From assembly GCF_058153355.1 (NCBI RefSeq), contig NZ_CM177019.1: a stretch of DNA of 64,000 nucleotides. One strand, 5' to 3'. Positions 15,336 through 26,189 of this stretch are shown here, in pieces (positions within the stretch are counted from its first letter, which is position 1; each line of letters starts with the position of its first letter). The position numbers and the translations under genes are program-made. The notes beneath the pieces were generated by a model, which saw only the letters and a program-made list of their open reading frames with translations, was not told where the DNA came from and ran no database searches.

Positions 15336-16853
15336 ATGTCTGAACAACACGCACAGGGCGCTGACGCGGTAGTCGATCTTAACAATGAACTGAAAACGCG
15401 TCGTGAGAAGCTGGCGAACCTGCGTGAGCAGGGGATTGCCTTCCCGAACGATTTCCGTCGCGATCATACCTCTGACCAATTGCACGCAGAATTCGACGGC
15501 AAAGAAAACGAAGAACTGGAAGCGCTGAACATCGAAGTTGCCGTTGCTGGCCGCATGATGACCCGCCGTATTATGGGTAAAGCGTCTTTCGTTACCCTGC
15601 AGGATGTGGGGGGCCGCATTCAGCTGTACGTTGCTCGTGACGATCTGCCGGAAGGCGTTTACAACGAGCAGTTCAAAAAATGGGACCTCGGCGATATCCT
15701 CGGCGCGAAAGGTAAACTGTTCAAAACCAAAACCGGCGAACTGTCTATCCACTGCACCGAGCTGCGTCTGCTGACCAAAGCACTGCGTCCGCTGCCGGAC
15801 AAATTCCACGGTTTGCAGGATCAGGAAGCGCGCTATCGTCAGCGTTATCTGGATCTCATTTCTAACGATGAATCCCGCAACACCTTTAAAGTGCGTTCGC
15901 AGATCCTCTCTGGCATTCGCCAGTTCATGGTGAATCGTGGCTTTATGGAAGTTGAAACGCCGATGATGCAGGTGATCCCAGGCGGCGCGGCGGCGCGTCC
16001 GTTTATCACCCATCACAATGCGCTGGATCTCGACATGTACTTGCGTATCGCGCCGGAACTGTACCTCAAGCGTCTGGTGGTTGGTGGCTTCGAGCGTGTA
16101 TTCGAAATCAACCGTAACTTCCGTAACGAAGGTATCTCCGTACGTCATAACCCAGAGTTCACCATGATGGAACTCTATATGGCTTACGCTGATTACAAAG
16201 ATCTGATCGAGCTGACCGAATCGCTGTTCCGTACTCTGGCACAGGATATTCTCGGTAAGACCGAAGTGACCTACGGCGACGTGACGCTGGACTTCGGTAA
16301 ACCGTTCGAAAAACTGACCATGCGTGAAGCGATCAAGAAATATCGCCCGGAAACCGACATGGCGGATCTGGACAACTTCGACTCTGCGAAAGCGATTGCT
16401 GAATCTATCGGCATCCACGTTGAGAAGAGCTGGGGTCTGGGCCGTATCGTTACCGAGATCTTCGAAGAAGTGGCAGAAGCACATCTGATCCAGCCGACCT
16501 TCATTACTGAATATCCGGCAGAAGTTTCTCCGCTGGCGCGTCGTAACGACGTTAACCCGGAAATCACTGACCGCTTTGAGTTCTTCATTGGTGGTCGTGA
16601 AATCGGTAACGGCTTTAGCGAGTTGAATGACGCGGAAGATCAGGCGCAGCGCTTCCTGGATCAGGTTGCCGCGAAAGACGCAGGCGACGACGAAGCGATG
16701 TTCTACGACGAAGATTACGTCACCGCACTGGAACACGGCTTACCGCCGACAGCAGGTCTGGGAATTGGTATCGACCGTATGGTAATGCTGTTCACCAACA
16801 GCCATACCATCCGCGACGTTATTCTGTTCCCGGCGATGCGTCCGGTGAAATAA
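15336..16853 (+). CDS. lysS: lysine--tRNA ligase (constitutive)
   Basis: 505 aa class II aaRS in the prfB-lysS operon arrangement. Confidence 0.96.
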
Positions 16854-16888
16854 GCATTACGTTATGCTCACAACCCCGGCAAATGTCG

Positions 16889-18314
16889 TAATGCCAGTCA
16901 GTTAAGCAACTGACTGGCTCTTTTTCGGGGCTGTGGGGTATTTCCAGGGCCTCTCCTTTACCACTCTCGGGAAGGCCCTTTCCCTTCTTGTCGGTAATTT
17001 CACAAGTTGTCCCATACTTGCAAGATCGCGCATCAGCTCCGGTATACGTCCCGGTGAAGCGCCCTGCAATGTCATCAGCATTCTCATCACCATTCCGCAT
17101 GATTCTGAGAAACTCAGTTGATTCGGCCAGTAACCTTTCAGATGTTCCGCCATTTTAATCATCTGATATCTCACCAGATTATAAGCCAGTAAGACACCCC
17201 ACAGCTCTTGCTCCACAAGCTCCGGCTTTTTACTTCTCAGCGTCAGCCTGCTCAGTTGCATCGTCTGTTTTATCTCCCTGTATCCCAGTTCGATTTCCCA
17301 GCGATGACTGTACAGATCCGCCATTTCTCCTCCGGGGAAGCGCATGGCGTCCGTCATCGACGTCAGCAGATGGCAGACTTTTCCTTTGCGCGTCACGGTC
17401 AGCAGGCGGGCTGTCACTTCATTTCCCAGTCCCGGCCACTTTTTTCGTGCCTGCGGGCTGGTTTTCAGCTTCACCAGATGATCGCCTTTACCCAGTTTTC
17501 TGATCTCTTCATATTGCGCTCCCTTTCTGAGAGGTATCATCCAGTGGCGGTGTTCTCCCGCCAGGCTCCAGGCATTTAACAGTCCCAGTGAGTAATAACC
17601 TTTATCCATTAACGTCAGAGTGTTATCGCCGGTTTGTTCTATAAGTTGCTCAGCAAGCTCATTTTCGCTGTTCTTCATCGTGCCGAAGGCTGCAGCCGTC
17701 AGCAGATGGCTGGTCAGTTCCATCTGGCAGACCATTTTGACCTGCGGGTAGAGCGCCGGGTTCCCGGCATGTGTCTGGCGGGGGAAGGCTGCATCGTTCT
17801 CTGGTGTATCCGGTGTGCGCCAGAACACACCATCGATGGCCAGCAGGGTCAGGCCGCACCAGTGCGGATGCGGCGTGGCGTTATGCCAGAGCTGCGCTGT
17901 TTTCGTGAACACGCGGCGGACAGCCTCACTTCCCAGGCGCTGGCGGGCCTGAATAACGGCACTGGGGGCAACGAAGGGGCGATTGCCCGGCAGCATGATG
18001 TCCAGGCGATTCACAATCTGGTGAAGAGGTTCTTTACGCTCAAGCGCCATGCCAACAATACACCAGACCATCATTTCGAGGGGAAGACGGCGCTTGCGTA
18101 GCGTTACAGTACCTGATTCGGCAAGGCAACGAGAGATGAGTTCGGGGTCGAGGTAATCCCCCAGAGAAGTCAGTGGGTTACGCAGAGAATCGTAACGGGA
18201 TACCAGATCAAGAGCCTGTCCAATGTGCATAAAAAAATCCGGAAACAAGTGAGCGTTTCCGGATTCTTACACAGCCACTGGATCGGTCAACTGATCCTTA
18301 ACTGATCGGCATTA
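16889..18314 (-). mobile_element. IS4 (1426 bp) with 12-bp target duplication
   Basis: The termini are TAATGCCAGTCAGTTAAG (16889-) and CTTAACTGATCGGCATTA (-18314), imperfect inverted repeats. The flanking direct repeat CGGCAAATGTCG occurs at 16877-16888 and 18315-18326. The length is exactly 1426 bp. Confidence 0.95.
16902..18230 (-). CDS. insG: IS4 DDE transposase (InsG)
   Basis: The ORF is 16902..18248. The canonical start [20 protein letters not shown] gives 442 aa. YREIK (Y-2-R-3-E-6-K) motif present. Confidence 0.93.
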   Translation of the reverse strand: MHIGQALDLVSRYDSLRNPLTSLGDYLDPELISRCLAESGTVTLRKRRLPLEMMVWCIVGMALERKEPLHQIVNRLDIMLPGNRPFVAPSAVIQARQRLGSEAVRRVFTKTAQLWHNATPHPHWCGLTLLAIDGVFWRTPDTPENDAAFPRQTHAGNPALYPQVKMVCQMELTSHLLTAAAFGTMKNSENELAEQLIEQTGDNTLTLMDKGYYSLGLLNAWSLAGEHRHWMIPLRKGAQYEEIRKLGKGDHLVKLKTSPQARKKWPGLGNEVTARLLTVTRKGKVCHLLTSMTDAMRFPGGEMADLYSHRWEIELGYREIKQTMQLSRLTLRSKKPELVEQELWGVLLAYNLVRYQMIKMAEHLKGYWPNQLSFSESCGMVMRMLMTLQGASPGRIPELMRDLASMGQLVKLPTRRERAFPRVVKERPWKYPTAPKKSQSVA

Positions 18315-18333
18315 CGGCAAATGTCGGGGTTTT

Positions 18334-18877
18334 TTATTTAAGCTGGGTAAATGCAGATAATCGTTTTCTGGCTTCGCGATTTGTCGCCTGCATCACCATC
18401 CACGGACTGAACGCCCACGGCGTGGCATCAATACCGCGTAAAACCGCTGCTAAATCACACCATTGATAATCCATCACTTCATCATCGTTGATCTGTAACG
18501 CACTGGTCGTGCGTGCGGCAAATACCGGACATACTTCATTTCTACAATGCCATTCGGATCGGTGGCGCGATAGCGAAAGTCAGGATAGATTCAGGAGGTG
18601 TAATTTCCACGCCAAGCTCATAACGGCAACGGCGGATCACCGCGTCTTCGTTGCTTTCTCCCAGTTGTGGGTGCCCACAAACCGAGTTAGTCCACACGCC
18701 CGGCCATGCTTTTTTGCTAAGGGCGCGGCGGGTAACTAATAATTGCCCTTTGGCATTAAACAGCCAGCAGGAGAACGCGAGATGTAAGAGAGTGTCTGCC
18801 GTGTGTGCGGCATACTTTTCCAGCGTACCCGTGGGAACTCCCTGTGCATTCAATAAAATGACGTGTTCCGTTTGCAT
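18334..18877 (-). pseudogene. idi: isopentenyl-diphosphate delta-isomerase, disrupted by two frameshifts
   Basis: The N-terminal 97 codons ([17 protein letters not shown]...ITPPESI) are in one frame. [15 protein letters not shown] continues in a second frame. [30 protein letters not shown]...AFTQLK-stop lies in a third. The annotated ORF stops prematurely at 18542. Confidence 0.8.
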
Positions 18878-18998
18878 AATTTCTCACATGTAATTCTAAT
18901 CACTCATCATTATAGATAATTGAAGAGTGAAATGATTAACCAAGTGAGCGTTTATCGACAACCGCCCGTTTTGAGCGGATGTCGACAGGTAAAACCAT

Positions 18999-19124
18999 TT
19001 AAAAAAGCAGCATCATATATTTGAAGCGACTTTCAATGGCCATTGCAACACAGTCAGAAATGACAGGAATAGAGAGAGTAAAAAGCAACAACAGACTGAA
19101 TATAGCGCGCATTAAAAGATTCAT
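18999..19124 (-). CDS. small hydrophobic protein (41 aa, YqfG-like)
   Basis: ATG...TAA gives MNLLMRAIFSLLLLFTLSIPVISDCVAMAIESRFKYMMLLF. It looks like a signal peptide or TM segment and abuts the uacT stop. The identity with K-12 yqfG is from memory only. Confidence 0.4.
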   Translation of the reverse strand: MNLLMRAIFSLLLLFTLSIPVISDCVAMAIESRFKYMMLLF

Positions 19125-19125
19125 A

Positions 19126-20574
19126 TTATTCTCCATGCTCATTTTTCTTCAGCTTGCGCATCAGAAGCCACATACGTACTGTCCTGACTTTTAAATCTTT
19201 ATCAGAGACGGATTCCTTCACCAGATCAGCATGATGCTGATAGCCATTAAAGAAGACGTTCAGCGCAACGGCGCTAAGGGTTGCGAGCATAATGCCGCTA
19301 TGCAGCAACGGTTGCAGTACGGCCGGTAACTTAGAAAAGAAATCGTGAGAGAGCGTCGGAGTCATGCCAACGCCGAGACTGATCGCCACAATATAGAGGT
19401 TGTAACGGTTAGTGGTGTAGTTACAGCGCGACAGAATTCGAATCCCCGTCGCCAGTACCATGCCGAACATCACCAGCCCTGCGCCGCCAAGCACAAATTG
19501 CGGAATCGAGGCTACCAGCACCGCCATTTTGGGCACCATGCCAAACATGATTAATATGATCCCCGAAGAAATACACACCCAGCGACTATGAACGCGAGTC
19601 ACGCTAACCAGGCCAACGTTTTGAGAAAATGACGTGTGGGGGAAGCTGTTAAACGTTCCGCCTATCATTGTCCCTACACCATCGACACGCAGCCCGCGAA
19701 TAATATCGTGCGAAGAGAGTTTACGACCGACTATTTCACCCAGTGCCAGGAACATCCCCATCGACTCGATAAACACGATGATTAACACAGCGGTCATGGT
19801 TAGAATAGAAACGGGGTCAAATACCGGCATACCAAACGACATTGGGGTGACAATCGCAAACCACGAAGCATCATGTAGCCCGGACAAATTGACTTCATTC
19901 ATCATCCACGAAAGTAAAAAGCCAAATACAATCCCCAGTAATACGGCGACGTTGGACATAAATCCTTTCGCATAGCGAGTAATGAGCAAGATAAAAATTA
20001 AGACGGCAAAGGAGATACCTAAATAAACGGGATTACCATATTGCGGATTCCCTTCACCTCCAGCGGCCCAGTCAATACCGACCTGAATAATGCTAAGCCC
20101 GATAGAAGTAATAACCACACCGGTAACCAGTGGCGGGAATAAAGGCATTAAGCGACCGATAAGTGGTGCTAATAATGTGGTGATAAATCCCGCGGCGATA
20201 GTGGCACCAAATATCCCCAGCAGGCCGATATCCGGGTTCATGCCAATGGCTATCATTGGTGTTACAGCAGCAAAGGTTACCGACATAATCACCGGCAGAC
20301 GGATCCCCATAAAGCGGCCGATACCGATACATTGTAATAATGTGACGATCCCGCAGCAAAAGAGATCCGAGCTAATGAGCATCGCAATAGCTTCTTTTGA
20401 GAGGCCCAGTCGGTCACCAATCATAAGAGGAACAGCGACTGCACCTGCGTACATTACAAGGACGTGTTGCAGACCGAGTATGATCAGCTTTCCTGGTGAT
20501 AATATGCGGTCAACCTCATCAGTTGGGCGGTCTTGCCCTGAAGATGAGGGAAGTTGGGAATCTATGGCGCTCAT
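19126..20574 (-). CDS. uacT: uric acid:H+ symporter (NCS2/NAT family)
   Basis: The ORF is 19126..20703. The canonical start MSAIDSQLPSSSGQDRPTDEVD gives 482 aa. It has 12-14 TM segments and the NAT signature region. Confidence 0.9.
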   Translation of the reverse strand: MSAIDSQLPSSSGQDRPTDEVDRILSPGKLIILGLQHVLVMYAGAVAVPLMIGDRLGLSKEAIAMLISSDLFCCGIVTLLQCIGIGRFMGIRLPVIMSVTFAAVTPMIAIGMNPDIGLLGIFGATIAAGFITTLLAPLIGRLMPLFPPLVTGVVITSIGLSIIQVGIDWAAGGEGNPQYGNPVYLGISFAVLIFILLITRYAKGFMSNVAVLLGIVFGFLLSWMMNEVNLSGLHDASWFAIVTPMSFGMPVFDPVSILTMTAVLIIVFIESMGMFLALGEIVGRKLSSHDIIRGLRVDGVGTMIGGTFNSFPHTSFSQNVGLVSVTRVHSRWVCISSGIILIMFGMVPKMAVLVASIPQFVLGGAGLVMFGMVLATGIRILSRCNYTTNRYNLYIVAISLGVGMTPTLSHDFFSKLPAVLQPLLHSGIMLATLSAVALNVFFNGYQHHADLVKESVSDKDLKVRTVRMWLLMRKLKKNEHGE

Positions 20575-21009
20575 CAGTGTTTCTCCTTTCGCCCGCCAGA
20601 GTAAAAAGCAACCGTTTACGTTATTGAAACTGTCTAAACATATGCTCGTGGAGTGCCAGTTTTTGCGAGGAAGGGGAGTTAGAGACAGGAATTGCGGAGG
20701 CAATCACATAATCGTGGTTAAACCACGAAAATGAGAAGAGAACCTGACAATGGAATTATCTGTAATTTTCTCATATTGATATTTTATTAATCATTCTGGC
20801 ATGTCGCACTCTCGCATTTAATCGTTTTTATCTGGATAGCGCTCTTTTGGTCGGCAATGTTGAAATAATGAAAGCGGCACAGATTGAGGGGCAATAATTT
20901 GAACTCAGTCGCAAAATTATAATTAAAACGGTCATGCTACCTAATATATGCCCGTTTATTGCATCGCGAACTTTGAGAAGACATAACTCATTAAATGAAA
21001 GGGATGCAA

Positions 21010-22929
21010 ATGAATAAGTTTATCGCTGCTGAAGCTGCGGAATGTATAGGCTGTCATGCTTGTGAAATTGCCTGTGCGGTGGCACATAATCAAGAAAACT
21101 GGCCGCTGAGTCACAGTGACTTTCGACCGCGTATCCACGTTGTAGGGAAAGGCCAGGCTGCGAATCCGGTGGCCTGCCATCATTGCAACAATGCCCCTTG
21201 CGTTACGGCTTGTCCGGTTAATGCTCTGACTTTCCAGCCCGATAGCGTACAACTGGACGAGCAAAAATGTATTGGTTGTAAAAGATGCGCAATCGCTTGC
21301 CCCTTTGGCGTCGTTGAGATGGTCGATACGATTGCGCAGAAATGCGACCTTTGTAACCAGCGCAGTTCCGGCACGCAAGCCTGTATTGACGTATGCCCAA
21401 CACAGGCGTTACGGCTGATGGACGATAAAGGGTTGCAGCAGATAAAGGTGGCCCGCCAGCGCAAAACGGCAGCAGGAAAAGCGTCATCAGACGCTCAGCC
21501 ATCTCGCAGTGCAGCGTTGCTCCCCGTTAACTCGCGTAAAGGCGCAGATAAAATTTCAGCGAATGAACGGAAAACCCACTTTGGCGAAATTTATTGCGGG
21601 CTGGATCCACAACAAGCGACTTATGAGAGTGACCGCTGTGTTTATTGCGCCGAAAAAGCTAACTGCAACTGGCATTGCCCGCTGCATAACGCTATTCCGG
21701 ATTACATCCGTCTGGTGCAGGAAGGAAAGATTATTGAAGCGGCAGAACTTTGCCACCAGACCAGTTCCTTACCAGAAATCTGCGGCAGGGTATGTCCACA
21801 GGACCGTCTTTGTGAAGGCGCATGTACTTTGAAAGATCACTCTGGCGCAGTCTCTATCGGGAATCTGGAACGCTACATCACCGATACCGCGCTGGCGATG
21901 GGCTGGCGTCCTGATGTCAGCCATGTTGTTCCCCGTATCGAAAAAGTGGCGGTGATTGGCGCAGGGCCTGCAGGGTTAGGGTGTGCTGATATTCTGGCGC
22001 GCGCAGGAGTTCAGGTTGATGTCTTTGATCGCCATCCAGAAATTGGCGGTATGCTGACTTTTGGCATACCTCCTTTCAAACTCGATAAAACGGTATTAAG
22101 CCAGCGGCGAGAGATATTCACCGCAATGGGAATCGACTTTCATCTTAACTGTGAAATTGGCCGCGATATTACCTTTAGCGATTTAACTTCTGAATATGAT
22201 GCAGTTTTCATCGGCGTGGGGACTTACGGGATGATGCGAGCAGATCTGCCGCATGAAGATGCGCCCGGTGTCATTCAGGCTCTACCGTTCCTGACTGCCC
22301 ATACCCGCCAGCTCATGGGGTTGCCGGAGTCTGAAGAGTATCCGCTGACGGATGTGGAAGGTAAGCGAGTTGTGGTATTGGGCGGTGGCGATACGACCAT
22401 GGATTGTTTGCGGACTTCCATCCGCCTCAATGCCGCCAGCGTGACCTGCGCCTATCGTCGTGATGAAGTCAGTATGCCGGGCTCGCGCAAAGAGGTGGTC
22501 AATGCGCGCGAGGAAGGTGTCGAGTTTCAGTTCAATGTTCAGCCGCAATATATCGCTTGTGACGAAGATGGGCGTTTAACTGCGGTGGGCCTGATTCGTA
22601 CCGCTATGGGGGAGCCGGGGCCGGATGGTCGCCGTCGTCCTCGTCCGGTAGCGGGTTCAGAGTTTGAGCTGCCCGCCGATGTTCTGATTATGGCCTTTGG
22701 TTTCCAGGCGCATGCCATGCCGTGGTTGCAAGGCAGCGGAATTAAGCTCGATAAATGGGGCCTGATTCAAACCGGGGACGTCGGGTATTTACCCACCCAG
22801 ACGCATCTGAAAAAAGTCTTTGCTGGTGGTGATGCAGTTCATGGCGCGGATCTGGTCGTCACTGCAATGGCTGCAGGAAGGCAAGCGGCGCGCGATATGT
22901 TAACTCTGTTTGATTCGAAGGCATTGTGA
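21010..22929 (+). CDS. ygfT: Fe-S / FAD-NAD(P) oxidoreductase YgfT (GltD-like, with N-terminal 4Fe-4S ferredoxin domains)
   Basis: The start [22 protein letters not shown] gives 639 aa. It has CxxCxxCxxxCP clusters followed by the GAGPAG dinucleotide-binding motif. Confidence 0.9.
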   Translation: MNKFIAAEAAECIGCHACEIACAVAHNQENWPLSHSDFRPRIHVVGKGQAANPVACHHCNNAPCVTACPVNALTFQPDSVQLDEQKCIGCKRCAIACPFGVVEMVDTIAQKCDLCNQRSSGTQACIDVCPTQALRLMDDKGLQQIKVARQRKTAAGKASSDAQPSRSAALLPVNSRKGADKISANERKTHFGEIYCGLDPQQATYESDRCVYCAEKANCNWHCPLHNAIPDYIRLVQEGKIIEAAELCHQTSSLPEICGRVCPQDRLCEGACTLKDHSGAVSIGNLERYITDTALAMGWRPDVSHVVPRIEKVAVIGAGPAGLGCADILARAGVQVDVFDRHPEIGGMLTFGIPPFKLDKTVLSQRREIFTAMGIDFHLNCEIGRDITFSDLTSEYDAVFIGVGTYGMMRADLPHEDAPGVIQALPFLTAHTRQLMGLPESEEYPLTDVEGKRVVVLGGGDTTMDCLRTSIRLNAASVTCAYRRDEVSMPGSRKEVVNAREEGVEFQFNVQPQYIACDEDGRLTAVGLIRTAMGEPGPDGRRRPRPVAGSEFELPADVLIMAFGFQAHAMPWLQGSGIKLDKWGLIQTGDVGYLPTQTHLKKVFAGGDAVHGADLVVTAMAAGRQAARDMLTLFDSKAL

Positions 22930-23417
22930 TGAAATCGTTAATTGTCGTTAATCCGGCTGATTGTATTGGCTGCCGTACTTGTGAAGTAGCCTGTGTGGTC
23001 GCTCATCCTTCAGAACAGGCGTTGAATGCCGATGTCTTTTTACCCCGGCTGAAGGTACAGCGACTGGACTGCATCAGTGCGCCGGTGATGTGCCATCAGT
23101 GTGAAAACGCCCCTTGTGTTGGCGCTTGCCCCGTGGGAGCGCTGACGATGGGCGAGCAGGTGGTGCAGGCCAATTCTGCCCGTTGTATTGGCTGTCAGAG
23201 TTGCGTCAGTGCGTGCCCGTTTGGGATGATAACCATTCAGTCGTTGCCGGGGGATACCCGGCAACAAATTGTGAAATGCGATCTCTGTGAACAGCGGGAA
23301 GAGGGGCCTGCCTGCGTTGAATCTTGCCCGACACAGGCACTGCAGTTGCTTACTGAAAGAGAACTCAGGCGAGTCCGCCAGCAGCGTATTGTTGCCAGCG
23401 GTGAGAATCCTCTCTGA
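22929..23417 (+). CDS. ygfS: 4Fe-4S ferredoxin-type protein YgfS
   Basis: 162 aa with four CxxCxxCxxxCP-type motifs. Its ATG overlaps the ygfT TGA (TGATG). Confidence 0.88.
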   Translation: MKSLIVVNPADCIGCRTCEVACVVAHPSEQALNADVFLPRLKVQRLDCISAPVMCHQCENAPCVGACPVGALTMGEQVVQANSARCIGCQSCVSACPFGMITIQSLPGDTRQQIVKCDLCEQREEGPACVESCPTQALQLLTERELRRVRQQRIVASGENPL

Positions 23418-23452
23418 AAGAATTCTCCGCGCTGAAAGGCGCGGAGAATCTA

Positions 23453-24820
23453 TTAGATAGCCCATCCACCCGCGTAAAATGCGACCAGTGCGGCAGTAAT
23501 GATTACCGTACCAATATTCAGCTTTTGCCATTCGCGTGCAAAGACGCGGCCTACGACCAGTGTCACAAAGCCCAGCATAATACCGGTAACGATATTACAA
23601 GTCAGAACGATAAACACGGCACACACCAGGCCAGCCATTGCGTCAATAAAATCGTTGAAATCCAGCTTCGAGACGTTACTTAACATCAGCAAACCTACGT
23701 ACATCAGAGCGGGTGCAGTGGCGTAACCAGGGATCAAAAATGACAGTGGTGATAAAAACAGAATCAACAGGAATAACGCCCCCACTACGGTTGCGGTCAA
23801 CCCTGTTTTACCCCCGGCGGCGGTTCCTGCCGCTGATTCGATATAAACCGCTGCGGGCGCAGCACCCACCAGGCCGGAGAATATTGAACTTACTGAGTCA
23901 CTGGTCAGGGCTTTACCGCCGTTGATGATCTGGTTGTCTTTATCTAACAAATTCGCCTGACCGGCGACGGCACGGATGGTACCGGTGGCGTCGAACACTG
24001 CGGTCATCACCAATGCCAGTACACTCGGAAGTACAGTTGGCTGGAGTGCCCCCATAATATCGAGGCTGAAAATCAGAGACTTACCATCTTCGCCAGTCAG
24101 ACTGGGCATCGCCACCAGACCGTGGTACTTCACCGCTGGATCAAAGATTAAGCCGATGATCGAAATTGCAATAATCACCAACAAGATCCCGCCAGGTACG
24201 CGGCACTTTTCCAGACCGAAGATGACCGCCAGACCCAGTAAGCTCATCATCACCGGGAAGGAGGTAAACGCGCCGAGCGCCACCGGCAAGCCTTCAATCG
24301 GGTTTTTGATAACCATTCCCACACCGTTAGCAGCAATCAGCAGCAGAAACAGGCCGATACCGATACCTGTGCCGTGAGCGATACCCATCGGTAAATTACG
24401 TAATATCCAGGTTCGCACACCGGTTACAGAAATGGCGGTGAAGATGACGCCCATCAGAAAGACCGCGCCCAGTGCGACAGGAACGCTAATTTGTTGCCCG
24501 AGTACCAGACTGAATGCGGTAAATGCCGTTAAGGAAATAGCGCAACCAATCGCCATTGGCAAGTTGGCCCACAAGCCCATCAGCAACGAGCCGAAGCCCG
24601 CGACCAGACAGGTGGCAACAAACACAGCTGCGGGAGGAAAACCTGCTTTGCCCAGCATTCCCGGAACGACGATAACGGAATAAACCATGGCCAGAAAGGT
24701 CGTTAAGCCAGCCAGTACTTCCTGACGAACGGTACTGCCACGAGCGGTAATTTTAAAATAATTATCCAGCGCGCCTTGTGGCTTTGGTGCGTCCGGTGTT
24801 TGTAGGATGTCTCCAGACAT
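23453..24820 (-). CDS. ghxQ: guanine/hypoxanthine permease (AzgA/NCS2 family)
   Basis: 455 aa polytopic membrane protein, [34 protein letters not shown]... Confidence 0.9.
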   Translation of the reverse strand: MSGDILQTPDAPKPQGALDNYFKITARGSTVRQEVLAGLTTFLAMVYSVIVVPGMLGKAGFPPAAVFVATCLVAGFGSLLMGLWANLPMAIGCAISLTAFTAFSLVLGQQISVPVALGAVFLMGVIFTAISVTGVRTWILRNLPMGIAHGTGIGIGLFLLLIAANGVGMVIKNPIEGLPVALGAFTSFPVMMSLLGLAVIFGLEKCRVPGGILLVIIAISIIGLIFDPAVKYHGLVAMPSLTGEDGKSLIFSLDIMGALQPTVLPSVLALVMTAVFDATGTIRAVAGQANLLDKDNQIINGGKALTSDSVSSIFSGLVGAAPAAVYIESAAGTAAGGKTGLTATVVGALFLLILFLSPLSFLIPGYATAPALMYVGLLMLSNVSKLDFNDFIDAMAGLVCAVFIVLTCNIVTGIMLGFVTLVVGRVFAREWQKLNIGTVIITAALVAFYAGGWAI

Positions 24821-24855
24821 AATGATGTCCTCACGAGGATGTTAAAGTTTTATTA

Positions 24856-26175
24856 TTAGTTGCGTTCGTACACCAGACGACCATCAACGTAGGTGCGGTA
24901 GATCGAACGGTCATCGCCCAACGTCATCATCACGAACAATTTGTCGACTAAAGAAACAGAGTTGTCATAGCGCAGCTGCTGTAGCGGGGTGGCGGTGGGT
25001 TCCATCACCACGAAATCAGCCTCTTTGCCAGGTAAAAAGTTGCCAATCAAATCGTCAAGGCCCAGAGATTTCGCCCCGCCGAGCGTGGCAAGGTAAAACG
25101 CTTCATATGCCGAGAGGCGATAGCCTTGTAATTGCAACACTTTGTAGGCTTCGTTCAGCGTTTGCAGCATGTTGAAAGTTGTTCCTGCGCCAATGTCAGT
25201 CCCCATGCCCACTTTGACTTTCTTCTGCCATGCTTTTTTCAAGTTGAATAAGCCACTGCCGAGGTAAAGGTTGGAGGTAGGACAGAAAGCAATGCTGGAT
25301 TTGGTTTCGCTGAGACGATCCCACTCTTTCTCTTCGAGATGGACGCAGTGAGCAAAGACACAATTTTTACCTGTCAGACCGTACTGATGGTAAACATCCA
25401 AATAACCATCATGGTCAGGATAAAGCGATTTGACCCAGGCAATTTCATCTTTATTTTCACAAAGATGGGTATGTACCCATGTGTCGGGATACTCTTCTTT
25501 CAGGCGTTGCGCCATCGCCATCTGTTCAGGAGATGAGGTTGGGGCGAAGCGTGGCGTAATCGCATACAACAGACGACCATTTTTGTGCCAGCGTTCGATC
25601 AGTTCTTTGCTTTGGTGATAGCTGCTTTCGGCAGTGTCGAGCAGATAATCCGGTGCGTTGCGGTCCATCATCACCTTACCGGCAATCATACGCATATTGA
25701 TATGACTGGCGGCTTCAAACAGCGCATCAACGGATTGCGGATGAACGGTACCAAACACCAACGCTGTGGTGGTTCCGTTACGTAAAAGCTGCTTGATGAA
25801 GAACGCCGACATTTCGCGGGCGTACTCTAAATCCTCATAACGACGTTCAGTAGGGAAGGTGTGTTTATTCAACCACTCCAACAATTGTTCACCATAGGCC
25901 CCAACCATTTCACTTTGCGGATAATGGATATGTGTATCGACAAAGCCCGGTACTACCAGTTTGCCGCGATAGTCGCGCACGCGAATGGTGTCAGGAATTT
26001 GATGCTTTCCGTCTTCCCATTCGCCAAACCATTCCACTTTTCCCTGTTTAATGAGTAATAAACCATCCTCAATAAACCGCAGCGCAGAGGCAATCTCTTC
26101 CGGGTTATCGACCGTACGGGTGACATCAATAAAACTGCCTCGTACCGCTTTTAACGTGTGTTCTCCTGACATCAT
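24856..26175 (-). CDS. guaD: guanine deaminase
   Basis: The ORF is 24856..26295. The canonical start MMSGEHTLKAVRGSFIDV gives 439 aa. It has the amidohydrolase HxH motif (DTHIHYPQ). Confidence 0.93.
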   Translation of the reverse strand: MMSGEHTLKAVRGSFIDVTRTVDNPEEIASALRFIEDGLLLIKQGKVEWFGEWEDGKHQIPDTIRVRDYRGKLVVPGFVDTHIHYPQSEMVGAYGEQLLEWLNKHTFPTERRYEDLEYAREMSAFFIKQLLRNGTTTALVFGTVHPQSVDALFEAASHINMRMIAGKVMMDRNAPDYLLDTAESSYHQSKELIERWHKNGRLLYAITPRFAPTSSPEQMAMAQRLKEEYPDTWVHTHLCENKDEIAWVKSLYPDHDGYLDVYHQYGLTGKNCVFAHCVHLEEKEWDRLSETKSSIAFCPTSNLYLGSGLFNLKKAWQKKVKVGMGTDIGAGTTFNMLQTLNEAYKVLQLQGYRLSAYEAFYLATLGGAKSLGLDDLIGNFLPGKEADFVVMEPTATPLQQLRYDNSVSLVDKLFVMMTLGDDRSIYRTYVDGRLVYERN

Positions 26176-26189
26176 TGACTCCTTTACTG

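Noticed and set aside
14289-16736. Long minus-strand ORFs (334 aa and 471 aa) opposite prfB and lysS
   Set aside because: These are antisense shadows of two highly expressed, codon-biased genes. There is no RBS or family resemblance.
18903-18998. 30-codon plus-strand ORF (MINQVSVYRQPPVLSGCRQVKPFKKAASYI) between idi and uacT
   Set aside because: It is too short to support from sequence alone and has no clear SD. I could not confidently tie it to a known small protein.
20090-20734. 214-aa plus-strand ORF opposite uacT; similar ORFs are opposite ghxQ, xanQ and ygeY (42399..43055)
   Set aside because: They are antisense to intact transporter or enzyme genes. The sequences are low-complexity Pro/Ile/Thr-rich.
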